Below are positions 16,428-25,982 of a stretch of 34,784 nt of DNA, piece after piece (within the stretch, counting starts at the first letter, position 1; each line of letters opens with the position of its first letter). The notes beneath the pieces are model-generated. The model was not told where the DNA came from, searched no databases, and saw only the letters and a program-made list of their open reading frames with translations. A program made the position numbers and the translations under genes. The DNA is taken from the sequence record SRR31156797_13577, one strand, 5' to 3'.

Positions 16428-17159
16428 GTGCCTAAGTTTTTGATTATATTATTTCTTTTTATTTTATCGCCGTTATGCGCTTTTGCAGAGAGCATTAATA
16501 TGCAGGCGATTATTTATCCACCGCTTGTTTATGAAGTGAATGGTGAATTGCGTGGTGTTGCGCCTGAAGTTGTGCAGGCTATTCAAACCATGATTGGTGA
16601 CACCAATCCAATTCAAGTCGCTCCTTGGCTGAGGGCATACAATCAGACACAAAATTTAAGTCGGCAGGCAATGTTTGCTATCGTTCGGATTCCTGAGCGG
16701 GAATCTCTTTTTAAATGGGTCGGACCAGTCTTTGGAGAGGGTGATTATTTCTTTAAGCGAACAGGGGCTGAAGTAAAAGTTGATAGTCTTGCTGATGCGC
16801 GTCAAGTCAGGCGTATCGCTGTTCGCAAAGGTGGATATACTCATCAGTTATTGACAGCGAAGAATTTTATTAATCTTGATATCGGTCCGACGTATGAATC
16901 CAGTTATAAGAAACTCGCTCAAGGACGTGTTGACCTTGTTCTTATGGGGGAGCGGACATATGCTTATATGGTTGGTGAAGCTGGATTGAGTCCTGAATCA
17001 TTTGAGCGAGTTGGCCCCAAGGTTGCTGATTCTTCAGCGTGGCTCGCTTTTTCTCGAGACGTACCGGATGCGACCATTGAGAAGTGGCAGAACGCACTTG
17101 ATACACTCAAGTCCAACGGGACGTATGCTTCCATTATGAAAAGAAATTTCAAGCATTGA
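16428..17159 (+). CDS. Family 3 periplasmic solute-binding protein
   Basis: Signal peptide ending AFA; YPPL, PWLRA, R.PERE..FKWVGP, GRVD, C-terminal LDTLKSNGTYASI. Confidence 0.85.
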   Translation: MPKFLIILFLFILSPLCAFAESINMQAIIYPPLVYEVNGELRGVAPEVVQAIQTMIGDTNPIQVAPWLRAYNQTQNLSRQAMFAIVRIPERESLFKWVGPVFGEGDYFFKRTGAEVKVDSLADARQVRRIAVRKGGYTHQLLTAKNFINLDIGPTYESSYKKLAQGRVDLVLMGERTYAYMVGEAGLSPESFERVGPKVADSSAWLAFSRDVPDATIEKWQNALDTLKSNGTYASIMKRNFKH

Positions 17160-17183
17160 TGTATTGAAAATTGCTTTATTTAT

Positions 17184-17217
17184 AGGCGAATGTACTTGGT
17201 GCATTCGCCTTTTTTTT
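17184..17217 (+). terminator. Intrinsic terminator
   Basis: AGGCGAATGTAC-ttg-GTGCATTCGCCT plus T-tract. Confidence 0.8.
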
Positions 17218-17224
17218 GCCATGT

Positions 17225-17263
17225 TTGACAGTTTCATCCTTTTTATGTCACTGCTGGTGACAT
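17225..17263 (+). promoter_or_regulatory. Putative -35 box and TetR operator
   Basis: TTGACA at 17225-17230; palindrome ATGTCAC-N5-GTGACAT at 17245-17263 just before the RBS GGAGG. Confidence 0.55.
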
Positions 17264-17277
17264 TGGAGGAAATTCTT

Positions 17278-17910
17278 ATGTCACCCTTTACAAAAAGTAA
17301 GGAACAGACCCGTCAGCGGATTGTTGCAGCCGTTGGTAAAGTGCTCGCAGAGAGGGGATTCAAGGGACTTGGCGTGAATCGTATCGCTAAGGAAGCTGGT
17401 GTGGATAAGGTTCTTATTTACCGTTATTTTGGCGGATTGCCTGAGCTTGTTACCGAGTATGGAAAATCAATTGAATATTGGCCGAATCCCGAGGAAGTGA
17501 TTCCTGTGGCAAGCGAGGATGTTCCTGAGGATGGCGCTGAAATTCTGCGTATTTTTTTTAGGAACTATGTACACGCTCTTCGAAAACGTCCGATGACGCT
17601 TGAAATAATGGCTTGGGAAATGACCGCACATGATGACATGGCGATTCGACTTGAGGACATTCGTGTGCGGACTGCGCTGGAGTGTTTTGAGCAAATGGAA
17701 CTGCACGGCGCGGAAAAGTGTGATTTGAGCACCGGCGTATTAATACTTTTCTCTGCAGTGAATTCCTTGTTGGTGAAATCGCGATGTGCTCGCACTGTTG
17801 GTGGGCTTAACCTGCGTGAAGATGCTGCTTGGAATAGAATTGACACCACAATCAACGCCATGATTCACGGTCTTTTCTCCTTCCACGATATGAATAAGGG
17901 GGCGTTATGA
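17278..17910 (+). CDS. TetR/AcrR-family transcriptional regulator
   Basis: TRQRIVAA..LAERGF..GVNRIAKEAGVDKVLIYRYF HTH; RBS GGAGG. Confidence 0.9.
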   Translation: MSPFTKSKEQTRQRIVAAVGKVLAERGFKGLGVNRIAKEAGVDKVLIYRYFGGLPELVTEYGKSIEYWPNPEEVIPVASEDVPEDGAEILRIFFRNYVHALRKRPMTLEIMAWEMTAHDDMAIRLEDIRVRTALECFEQMELHGAEKCDLSTGVLILFSAVNSLLVKSRCARTVGGLNLREDAAWNRIDTTINAMIHGLFSFHDMNKGAL

Positions 17911-18371
17911 ATACCAAAAAACATGCGGTGACCGCTCTTCTGGGTGGGGCATCCTGCGCTCAGGCCGTGCTTGAGGCCTATTGTGAGCGCTATGACATAT
18001 CAACTGAAATAGCTCGAAAATTGACCGCAGGATTTGGTGGTGGATTTGCATCAGGTCTCACCTGCGGCGCAGTGAGTGCTGGCTGCATGGCTCTCGGTAT
18101 GGCTTTCGCATCCAATGATTTAAGTGATGCCGACGCCCGAGATAAAACATACGGCGCGGTTCGATCACTTCTTGCCAAATTCGCCGAGCGCAACGGCTCC
18201 CACCAATGCGCAACGATTCTTTCCCTCAACAATATGGAAATCAATACTCCCGAAGGCAAACAACGGCTTCGAGAGAGCAAGCTCTGCGTCAAAATGGTCG
18301 AGGACACAATCGACTGCATCGAGGGCATTATCAATGAAGCAGAAGAAAGCGGGAAAGATGTTGTTAGGTAA
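17907..18371 (+). CDS. C-GCAxxG-C-C family putative redox protein
   Basis: SCAQAV, GFGGG..TCGAVSAG, GSHQC and LC; ATGA overlap with tetR. Confidence 0.85.
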   Translation: MNTKKHAVTALLGGASCAQAVLEAYCERYDISTEIARKLTAGFGGGFASGLTCGAVSAGCMALGMAFASNDLSDADARDKTYGAVRSLLAKFAERNGSHQCATILSLNNMEINTPEGKQRLRESKLCVKMVEDTIDCIEGIINEAEESGKDVVR

Positions 18372-18457
18372 CAGCGTTGCTTTGTCAGATGTAAATAGTG
18401 GAGTCTGTTTTGGGCAATGCGTTGAACCGTTTGGAATGGGACTTTTTGGAAAAGAAA

Positions 18458-18498
18458 AAAAGGAGCTTCAAGTCTGTGTTTGAAGCCCCATGTTTTTT
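18458..18498. terminator. Terminator-like hairpin between the C-GCAxxG gene and the tRNA
   Basis: GCTTCAAG-tctgtg-TTTGAAGC flanked by A- and T-tracts. Confidence 0.55.
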
Positions 18499-18500
18499 CT

Positions 18501-18576
18501 TGGTGGAGACGAGGAGATTTGAACTCCCGACTTCTACCTTGCGAAGGTAGCACTCTCCCAGCTGAGTTACGTCCCC
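18501..18576 (-). tRNA. tRNA-Ala (anticodon CGC)
   Basis: 76-nt cloverleaf GGGGACG...CGTCTCCACCA; anticodon arm CTACC-TTCGCAA-GGTAG; G3:U70 Ala identity pair; TTCAAAT T-loop; encoded CCA. Confidence 0.97.
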
Positions 18577-18634
18577 GTGGGGGTGGATTGTTACTCCTTT
18601 TCGAAAGGCGAAACAACCCTTTTATGCGGGTGGG

Positions 18635-20164
18635 TTACAAATTCAATGCTGTGAGTATGGTGTCTACTCGATTGCGATAGGTGTGATCCTGTAGGATACA
18701 TTCTCGCCATGCGTGGCGGAGTTCGCGTTTAGTTTCTGTTTCTTCGCGGTATCGGAGGAAAAGATCGCGGATTTCTTTTGGATGGGTATAGGTTATCTGT
18801 TCGACCAGCTCTTTTGGGAAGATTTGTAGGCCGGGGTTGGCGTCTGAGATTAGAAAGCCGCCTGCGCACCAGACGTCGAAATGGCGTTGTGTCAGACCCG
18901 CCGGAAGTTGCATCCCGGTGACATTGAGTGTGACCGGAGCCGTGCGATAGATGGCGGGGAGATGGGCATAGTAGTCGACGACCGGGCGTACGTCCGCGTT
19001 TTCGAGAATTTTCCATCCATCATCGCCGAAAATGGTGATGTCTCCGGCGGCATGTAGACAGTCGTTTTTCCATATTGAACTGGTTAATTCTGTTCCGGCA
19101 CCGATTTTACGAACCTGATTACCGGGCCAGAGTTGAACGCCTTTCATCTGTTCGCGCCACCAGAAATAGTCGAAACGCTGTGTTTCTTCGGCTTCGTGAA
19201 TCGTAGTGAGAAGGGTGGGATCAACACTGACACCAGCAAAAAACTTTTCTTTGTCCGGGAAAGCTGAACGACCTACAAAGACAAGGGATTCTTCGATAGC
19301 ATGAGCATGGTCTGGGAGTTGGCCGGTGTTTTCAAAAACGTGTGGGCTGGCCGCTAGTGGCAGGTGTGTCACCCAACGAGCACCGGTCTCTATGAGCGGA
19401 CCGATGAAACTGTGATCCGTGATGAATAATTTGATACTTTTCCAATAATCTGATTTGACCGCAGGAAGGATGTTAAATGGATTATCTACCATCCAGACCG
19501 CAACCTGAACGCCTGCTTCTTTGAGGATGTGACTGCAAAGACCGAAATGGTCAATGCCTTTGAAATTTATAGAAAAGAATAGATCGGGCGTACCGTCTTC
19601 GAGTAGTTCCGGCAGCACGGCTCCGGGGTGTTTTCCCAAGGCTTCGTGGTCAATGAATTTGACAGTGTATCCGGCTTCTTCGAAAGCAATTCCCAGTTCC
19701 TTGCCGAGTAAATCTTCCTCATTGGTTGGGAGCCAGACAATTTTGGACGGAGCGGGAAATGATGACTTGCACAGAAGTAGCCGCGCCGTAAGTGGACCAT
19801 AAAAAGATGGAAAGGCCCTTTGAACGGGGAGGTACCGGATTACATGAGAATTGGCCGCTATTTCAGTGGTAAAAGCATCGGCGGCGATACGGATAAAATT
19901 GTCAGGTATGGCTCCATTCCAATTGTTATCGGTCTGGTCTACGAAGTCCTGACATTCTACGAAGTACAGCGTGTCTGTGCCGGATAAACCGAACCATTTT
20001 AGGAGCTTGTCTGGCTCAGGACCCAGTCCAAGAAAGACTATTGGGCAATCTTCCGGGCCGTCATTAACGTACCACTCGAATTGTTCTTTGGCTGTGGGCA
20101 TGGACTTTTTCATGCCGATTTCATCAATTATGGACTGATAACGGGGTCGAGGCACAGGGGTCAC
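18635..20164 (-). CDS. CgeB/DUF3880-like glycosyltransferase family protein
   Basis: [57 protein letters not shown]; start uncertain. Confidence 0.75.
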   Translation of the reverse strand: MTPVPRPRYQSIIDEIGMKKSMPTAKEQFEWYVNDGPEDCPIVFLGLGPEPDKLLKWFGLSGTDTLYFVECQDFVDQTDNNWNGAIPDNFIRIAADAFTTEIAANSHVIRYLPVQRAFPSFYGPLTARLLLCKSSFPAPSKIVWLPTNEEDLLGKELGIAFEEAGYTVKFIDHEALGKHPGAVLPELLEDGTPDLFFSINFKGIDHFGLCSHILKEAGVQVAVWMVDNPFNILPAVKSDYWKSIKLFITDHSFIGPLIETGARWVTHLPLAASPHVFENTGQLPDHAHAIEESLVFVGRSAFPDKEKFFAGVSVDPTLLTTIHEAEETQRFDYFWWREQMKGVQLWPGNQVRKIGAGTELTSSIWKNDCLHAAGDITIFGDDGWKILENADVRPVVDYYAHLPAIYRTAPVTLNVTGMQLPAGLTQRHFDVWCAGGFLISDANPGLQIFPKELVEQITYTHPKEIRDLFLRYREETETKRELRHAWRECILQDHTYRNRVDTILTALNL

Positions 20165-20224
20165 TTGGCTTTTTCGGCGTATTCGGCTAGGAATCGCTCC
20201 ACGCCGGACTTAAGGAGCGTTGCC

Positions 20225-20824
20225 ATGAAACAATATCAGGATAAGTACTTCAAACGAGCCAAAAAGGAAAATTACGCCGCCCGCTCGGTCTACAAGCTCA
20301 AAGAGATGGACAAACGGTTCCATATCTTCAAAAAGGGCCAGACCGTACTCGACCTTGGCGCAGCCCCAGGTTCCTGGACACAGTTTGCCGGGGAAAAAGT
20401 GGGTAAGCAAGGCCATGTGCTTGGCGTAGACCTTCAGTCTACCAAACATTCCTTTGCGGATAATATTACTTTTTTGCAGGCTGACGTGTTTTCGGATTCG
20501 CCGGAACTGCTTGAAGCCATAGAGCCGCTTGCGCCGTTCGATGTCATTATCAGTGACATGGCGCCTAAGACAACCGGAATCAAGTTCGCGGATCAGGCAA
20601 ATTCTTTGGAATTATGCCAGCGAGCTTTTGAGGTTGCTCAAAAATATCTCAAAAAAGGCGGTAACTTTGCGGTCAAGATTTTTGAAGGTGGCGAAATTAA
20701 CGACTACCGCAATGAGATTAGGCCGTTTTTTGGCAAGATAAAGAACTTCAAACCCCATAGTTCTCGCGCTGAAAGCAAGGAAATATTCATTGTCGCGCTT
20801 GGCTTTCGGGGAATAGAAGAGTAG
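20225..20824 (+). CDS. rlmE: 23S rRNA Um2552 methyltransferase RlmE/FtsJ
   Basis: [46 protein letters not shown]. Confidence 0.95.
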   Translation: MKQYQDKYFKRAKKENYAARSVYKLKEMDKRFHIFKKGQTVLDLGAAPGSWTQFAGEKVGKQGHVLGVDLQSTKHSFADNITFLQADVFSDSPELLEAIEPLAPFDVIISDMAPKTTGIKFADQANSLELCQRAFEVAQKYLKKGGNFAVKIFEGGEINDYRNEIRPFFGKIKNFKPHSSRAESKEIFIVALGFRGIEE

Positions 20825-20877
20825 GCTATTCGATCTACATTATAAAAATAATTTATTGAGAATATTCAGGAGGAAAC

Positions 20878-21621
20878 ATGGCCGGACATAGTAAATGGGC
20901 AAATATTCAGCATCGCAAGGGTCGTCAGGATGCCAAACGCGCGAAATTTTTTACCAAAGCTGCCAAGGATATCATTTTGGCAGCCAAGGCTGGTGGCGGT
21001 AATCCAGAGGATAACTCCACTTTGCGTTTGGCGATTCAGAAAGCCAAGGCCGTGAACCTGCCCAAAGACAAGATCGACAATGCCATTAAAAAAGGTACCG
21101 GCGAATTGGCTGGTGGCGATATCCTTGAGATTTTGTACGAAGGGTATGGTCCCGGTGGTGTCGCCATGATGGTAGAAGTCGCGACCGATAACAAGAACCG
21201 TATCGTGGCCGAGATTCGTCACGCCTTCACCAAGCACAATGGTAACATGGCTGAGGCCGGGGCCGTGTCGTACATGTTCAATAAGAAGGGTGTCATTGTC
21301 TTTGATAAGGAAAAGTACACTGAAGATGATTTGATGGAAGTCGGCTTGGAAGCCGGTGCTGAAGATATCATCGATGACGGAGATACTTTTACAGTTCAGA
21401 CTGATCCCGGTGATTTCATGGCTGTGCAGCAGGCCTTTGTTGACGCCGAGATGGAATACCAATCTGCCGAAGTGGATCAGGTCCCTGAGAATCTCGTGCC
21501 TGTGGATGCTCCCACCGGGAAGAAGGTTATGGCCCTGTTTGAAGCGTTGGAAGACAACGACGACACGCAAAAAGTGTATCTTAACGCCGACTTCCCGGAC
21601 GAATTGTTCGACGAAGAATAG
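20878..21621 (+). CDS. yebC: YebC/PmpR family protein
   Basis: [29 protein letters not shown]. Confidence 0.97.
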   Translation: MAGHSKWANIQHRKGRQDAKRAKFFTKAAKDIILAAKAGGGNPEDNSTLRLAIQKAKAVNLPKDKIDNAIKKGTGELAGGDILEILYEGYGPGGVAMMVEVATDNKNRIVAEIRHAFTKHNGNMAEAGAVSYMFNKKGVIVFDKEKYTEDDLMEVGLEAGAEDIIDDGDTFTVQTDPGDFMAVQQAFVDAEMEYQSAEVDQVPENLVPVDAPTGKKVMALFEALEDNDDTQKVYLNADFPDELFDEE

Positions 21622-21623
21622 CG

Positions 21624-22130
21624 ATGAGCGATAAAGGTTTGATCGTCCTTGGTCTGGATCCCGGAACGCGGGTGACAGGCTACGGCATAGTCCGTGAATT
21701 ATCCGGGCAGGTTGAACTTGTGGAGACCGGCACCATTCGCACGCCGGTCAAAAAAGATATGGCCGTCAGGTTGGGTGTGATTTTTGACAGGCTTCAGGAG
21801 CTTATCGAAAAGTTTGCACCGGCAGAGGCCGCCATCGAAAATGTGTTCGTATCCAAGAACCCCTCGTCCGCCCTGAAACTGGGGCAGGCGAGGGGTGCTT
21901 GCATGGCAGCCTGCGCCACCAACGGCATTCCCATGGGCGAATATGAACCTACCAAGGTCAAGAAAAACCTTGTGGGAGTGGGGAATGCACCCAAGTCCCA
22001 AGTCGCTTTCATGGTCGCGCACACGCTTGGTGAGAAAAAGCCGGATTGGGCCGAAGATGCGTCCGATGCCCTTGCTATTGCCATCTGCCATTTGAACGAG
22101 CGACGTATGCGCAAATTGACCGGTTTGTAG
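21624..22130 (+). CDS. ruvC: Holliday junction resolvase RuvC
   Basis: LGLDPG, AIENVF, LKLGQARG, K.QV, DASDALAIAICH. Confidence 0.96.
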   Translation: MSDKGLIVLGLDPGTRVTGYGIVRELSGQVELVETGTIRTPVKKDMAVRLGVIFDRLQELIEKFAPAEAAIENVFVSKNPSSALKLGQARGACMAACATNGIPMGEYEPTKVKKNLVGVGNAPKSQVAFMVAHTLGEKKPDWAEDASDALAIAICHLNERRMRKLTGL

Positions 22131-22143
22131 GCGTTAAAAAATT

Positions 22144-22193
22144 CTTCACAAGAAAAGGCTCACCTCGCATGAGATGAGCCTTTTCTTGTGAAG
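22144..22193. terminator. Long inverted repeat / bidirectional terminator
   Basis: Perfect 19-bp arms CTTCACAAGAAAAGGCTCA / TGAGCCTTTTCTTGTGAAG between convergent stop codons. Confidence 0.75.
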
Positions 22194-22203
22194 TGTGTCG
22201 GGA

Positions 22204-22839
22204 TTATTTCTTCTTACTCTTTCCTTTGCTTTTGGACTTGTTTCCCTTGTCTTTGCCTTTGGTTTGACTTCGGGGTGCTTCATCCAGTTCGTCTTCGTTG
22301 TTGGTTGTGTCATTATCGTATGTTGTGGGCTCATTTTTATTCATGTCATCATCGGTATCAGCGTATGTGGAAGTCCCTTTGTTCTTACCCTTTCCCTTGC
22401 TCTTATTTTTGCTTTTTCCTTTTCCTTTGCCACTGACAGAAGCGTGAACCCCTGTTTCTTTAGCTATGCGCCCCCAACCCATACCTGAGTCACGCATGGC
22501 TTGAATTTCGGAAGGGGATTTGCCGCTTTCTCGTGCAAAGGCATCAATTCGGGCTTCATCGAGTTTGGCTTGGGATTCTGTGAATCTTTCTTCGGCATTT
22601 TCAACGTCTTCCTGAGCCTGTTGCTGTTCTTCGACTGTCCCCTCTTTGCGCATGGCATCAAGGATTTCCTTTGCCTTGCGAACGTCCTCGGAAGCTTCTG
22701 TGGTTTCCTGAACAACCGCTTCACCGACCAGACCGATAAGTTCATCCTGAGTGAAGATTGGTTCCCCTTGGGCTAGGACTGTGCCTATTGGCATGACAAG
22801 AAAGGTGATCATACACGCAATAATGATTTTGTGTTTCAT
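22204..22839 (-). CDS. Hypothetical exported protein with coiled coil, GMGWG motif and charged low-complexity tail
   Basis: Signal peptide (MKHKIII...VLA), E/Q/A-rich helix, MRDSGMGWGRIAKETGV, K/G-rich and D/E-rich blocks; RBS AAGGGA. Confidence 0.8.
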   Translation of the reverse strand: MKHKIIIACMITFLVMPIGTVLAQGEPIFTQDELIGLVGEAVVQETTEASEDVRKAKEILDAMRKEGTVEEQQQAQEDVENAEERFTESQAKLDEARIDAFARESGKSPSEIQAMRDSGMGWGRIAKETGVHASVSGKGKGKSKNKSKGKGKNKGTSTYADTDDDMNKNEPTTYDNDTTNNEDELDEAPRSQTKGKDKGNKSKSKGKSKKK

Positions 22840-22999
22840 GGCGATTCCCTTTGGTTTTTTTAGCAATTCTTCATTTCAAACTATGCCAAAGCACCCTGTG
22901 TTTATCCATGATAATTTGGTGGAGGGGCGTTTTTATTGTCAGGTATTCTCTTTGAATTGCGCGCGTGAATGCGCTACATACCTGCTACGGAGGATTTTC

Positions 23000-23614
23000 A
23001 TGATCGGATATTTGCAGGGAACAGTCTTGTCAGCCAACGAAAAGGGGCTGGTCATCTTGACGCCCGGTGGTGTGGGATACGAAGTGGCCGCACCTACGTC
23101 AGTTGTTGCCAAGTTGCCGGGGAAAGGTGGAAAAATAGAAATTTTCATCCATACTCAGGTCGCAGAGAAAGCCATTGATCTGTTCGGTTTTTTGACCGCT
23201 GACGATCTTGATTTATTCCGAACACTTATTTCCATCGACAAGCTCGGGCCGAAAAAGGCCATGGCTATTCTGTCCATGTTCGATGCGGACCATTTGCGGG
23301 AAATCGCTTTTCGTGAGGATGTGACCATGCTTTCCACGGTGCCTGGTATCGGTCCGAAGTCTGCCAAACAGATTTTGTGGAACCTCAAGGACAAGGTGGA
23401 CAAGCTTAAATCTACCACCGGGGCAACCATCGCTTCCGCACCGCAGGGACCACAGGGCGAGTACCTCGATACTCTTGCCGGGCTTAAGGGCTTGGGATAC
23501 GCTGAAGATGAAGTTCGTCCCATGATTATTGATGTTTTTGAAGAAGAACCCGACCTCGACGCTGCCGGTGGTATCCGTGCAGTGCTCAAGAAAATCAACG
23601 CGGCACGCTCATGA
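23000..23614 (+). CDS. ruvA: Holliday junction DNA helicase subunit RuvA
   Basis: MIGYLQG, GVGYEV, LFGF, HhH motifs LGPKKA and [20 protein letters not shown]; possible promoter TTGAAT-17-TACATA at 22952-22980. Confidence 0.95.
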   Translation: MIGYLQGTVLSANEKGLVILTPGGVGYEVAAPTSVVAKLPGKGGKIEIFIHTQVAEKAIDLFGFLTADDLDLFRTLISIDKLGPKKAMAILSMFDADHLREIAFREDVTMLSTVPGIGPKSAKQILWNLKDKVDKLKSTTGATIASAPQGPQGEYLDTLAGLKGLGYAEDEVRPMIIDVFEEEPDLDAAGGIRAVLKKINAARS

Positions 23615-24597
23615 GCAAATGCACTCTCCCAGAGGAAAACGTTCGGCCCAGAAGTCTTGGTGAATTCATCGGACAGCAGGACTTGCGCAGTAATCTCGAC
23701 GTCTTTATCAAGGCGGCCCGGGAGCGAGAGCGTTCCTTGGATCATACTCTTTTTTATGGCAATCCCGGCTTGGGAAAGACCACACTGGCGCGTATCATGG
23801 CGAGTGAATTGGGCGTGAATATGGTCTCCACATCCGGCCCTGTTATTGAGCGGTCTGGTGATTTGGCAGCTATTCTGACCAATTTGGAGCGCGGTGATAT
23901 CTTGTTTATCGACGAAATTCACCGTATGCCCGCTACAGTCGAGGAAGTGCTGTATCCGGCCATGGAAGATTTTCAGATTGATCTAGTCATCGGGTCGGGG
24001 CCAGGAGCGCGAACGGTCAAGCTTGACCTTGAGCCGTTTACGCTGGTTGGTGCCACTACTCGTCTTGGTTTGCTTACGTCACCCCTGCGTGACCGTTTTG
24101 GCTGCATTTTTCGTATAGAATTTTATAGTCCCGAAGAATTGGGACGGATCGTTGAACGATCTGCGACCATTATTGATGTGAAAGTTGATCCGGAAGGAGC
24201 CTTGGCGATTGGACGGAGGGCGCGTGGTACTCCGCGTATCGCTAATAGATTGTTACGCCGAGTGCGAGATTACGCGTTGGTACACGGTGATGGCGTTGTC
24301 ACCAAGGAGCAGGCTGAATCTTCTTTGGAGCGATTGGACGTTGATCAGTACGGTTTGGACAATATGGACCGTAAAATTCTTTCACTCATGGTAGAAAATT
24401 TTAATGGCGGTCCGGTTGGTCTTAAAACGATTGCTGCAGCCTGTGCAGAGGAAGTGCGTACCATTGAGGATATCTATGAACCGTACCTTATTCAGTGTGG
24501 TTTTTTGAAGCGTACCCCGCGTGGTCGTGTGGCTACAGCTAAGGCATATCAGCATTTGAAGTTGCGTATGGAAGACGATCAATTGCCGCTTCTTTAG
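23611..24597 (+). CDS. ruvB: Holliday junction DNA helicase RuvB
   Basis: [51 protein letters not shown]. Confidence 0.98.
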   Translation: MSKCTLPEENVRPRSLGEFIGQQDLRSNLDVFIKAARERERSLDHTLFYGNPGLGKTTLARIMASELGVNMVSTSGPVIERSGDLAAILTNLERGDILFIDEIHRMPATVEEVLYPAMEDFQIDLVIGSGPGARTVKLDLEPFTLVGATTRLGLLTSPLRDRFGCIFRIEFYSPEELGRIVERSATIIDVKVDPEGALAIGRRARGTPRIANRLLRRVRDYALVHGDGVVTKEQAESSLERLDVDQYGLDNMDRKILSLMVENFNGGPVGLKTIAAACAEEVRTIEDIYEPYLIQCGFLKRTPRGRVATAKAYQHLKLRMEDDQLPLL

Positions 24598-24693
24598 TTG
24601 TTATAAATAACACTGATTCTCAATAAAGAGCTTGAAACGACTGTTTTTTCTGCTACCATGGAGACAAATAGCAATACCATGGAGGTAGCAAAC

Positions 24694-24849
24694 ATGGATA
24701 AGTGGGAATGCCCTTGTGGCTATGTGTATGATCCGGCAGAAGGTGATCCTGAGAACAATATCGAGATCGGTACAAAATTCGAAGATTTGCCTGATGATTG
24801 GACTTGTCCCCAGTGTGGTGCTGAAAAGGAATACTTCGAAAAACTGTAA
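24694..24849 (+). CDS. Rubredoxin (first knuckle CxC)
   Basis: 51 aa: [15 protein letters not shown]...[27 protein letters not shown]. Confidence 0.92.
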   Translation: MDKWECPCGYVYDPAEGDPENNIEIGTKFEDLPDDWTCPQCGAEKEYFEKL

Positions 24850-24898
24850 AATCGAACAAAGCCTCTTGCAATCAAGCGCCAATAGCGTATGATTGAAT

Positions 24899-25074
24899 CA
24901 GTCAAAGGAGTGTTTTCAGGTAACGCCCTACAAACCTTGTGATTCTTTGAATCGGAAAGTGTTTCCAGGCAACCTTCAAATCAAACTTCATCCTTTGGTA
25001 GAGGCCCGTATTTCGGCAACCTCCCTACGAACGCATCGAGCAGAAGCCCCCGAGTTATCGGGGGCTTTACTTTT
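24899..25074 (+). ncRNA. Candidate small RNA with three 49-nt-period modules
   Basis: TTGCAA-16-TATGAT at 24866-24893; repeats start at 24910, 24959 and 25008; ends in a strong hairpin plus T-rich tract; no credible CDS. Strand and 5' end inferred. Confidence 0.45.
25044..25074. terminator. Intrinsic terminator
   Basis: AAGCCCCCGA-gtta-TCGGGGGCTT followed by TACTTTT. Confidence 0.85.
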
Positions 25075-25091
25075 GGGAATTGGAAAGTGGG

Positions 25092-25982
25092 TTAATTAGA
25101 TTGGATTGTAGAGGGAGACGGTCCAAGTTTTTTTAAAATTATTGTGCAGAATAATCCCGTGATCAACCAGACAACGATCCCGGTTAGTCCGACCGATCCG
25201 CCCAGAAGAGGGTGAACGTCGGGGAAGAGTAAGAGCCATACGCCGTAGCCTTGGGCGTTGACTGCACCGTGGATGAATCCGGCAAGAATTGATGAGTCGT
25301 AGTGCAGGGTCATTTCATTAAGGAAAAGACTGAACGCAAAGCAAAGCACACACATCATGATGATTCCTCCCACGGGGTAACCGGGGTAATTGAATCCCGC
25401 CAGAATGAGTGGCGCATGCCATATACCCCAGATGAGACCGAGTAATGAGTATGCCAAAGGTTTACCCAGAGGCATAAGCCGCGGCAACATGAAGCCGCGC
25501 CAGCCGATTTCTTCACCCAATCCGAAAATGAGATTGATGAATGGTCCCAGAAAAATGGACATGGGAAGCATGATTTGAAGTACGCTGTCTAAATTTGTTT
25601 CACCAGCGACGCTAGGAGTCTGCGGGGAAAAATCGGCAAAGCCAAGTCCCCAAGAGAGTAAATACATTCCAGCAAAAAGGGTGGGGACCAGAAGAATCGT
25701 TAAAAAATACGCACCCAATGATGTTCCCAGACGCAAACGCAGGGAGTCGCGCAGATCTGCGAAATTTCTTTTTTCGACAAATGTAGTGATTAACAAAGCA
25801 GATACGCCCGGAATCCACATGACTACCATGAGCCAGAGGGCTGGGCTGGATATGTCAGTCAGGTTGTCGAAGCGCATGCCGTTTGAGATAAGAAGAATTT
25901 CCACGGCCCAAGTGGCTCCGAAAGTGATCATTAAGAATAACAGAAGTGGCTTGATTTGGAGTGAATTTCTTTGGCTATTCAT
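25092..25982 (-). CDS. CPBP (CAAX/Abi) family intramembrane metalloprotease
   Basis: EEIGWRG, WGIWH, IHGAVN; multiple TM segments. Confidence 0.9.
   Translation of the reverse strand: MNSQRNSLQIKPLLLFLMITFGATWAVEILLISNGMRFDNLTDISSPALWLMVVMWIPGVSALLITTFVEKRNFADLRDSLRLRLGTSLGAYFLTILLVPTLFAGMYLLSWGLGFADFSPQTPSVAGETNLDSVLQIMLPMSIFLGPFINLIFGLGEEIGWRGFMLPRLMPLGKPLAYSLLGLIWGIWHAPLILAGFNYPGYPVGGIIMMCVLCFAFSLFLNEMTLHYDSSILAGFIHGAVNAQGYGVWLLLFPDVHPLLGGSVGLTGIVVWLITGLFCTIILKKLGPSPSTIQSN

Noticed and set aside
17990-18680. ORFs of 208 aa (-) and 66 aa (+) spanning the tRNA
   Set aside because: They overlap a clear tRNA-Ala, and the longer one is antisense to a real gene
22144-22193. 19-bp inverted repeat as a MITE or IS end
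   Set aside because: Arms are only 12 bp apart, no target duplication or transposase seen, and the position between convergent stops fits a terminator
20866-23922. Long antisense ORFs (20866-21570, 23155-23922) and a hydrophobic ORF at 22195-22488
   Set aside because: Shadow frames of yebC, ruvA/ruvB and the Lys-rich tail; no RBS or independent motifs
24910-25035. CRISPR array interpretation of the 49-nt periodic repeats
   Set aside because: Only three units, too degenerate, linkers only ~20 nt, and no cas genes in the window; kept as an sRNA candidate instead
24893-25099. 68-aa ORF over the candidate sRNA
   Set aside because: TTG start with no RBS, runs through a strong terminator, no recognisable protein features
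25092-25982. CPBP/Abi protein as a phage-defence or bacteriocin-immunity system
   Set aside because: The family name alone does not imply defence; no toxin, bacteriocin or defence genes nearby, and it is coupled to a metabolic operon
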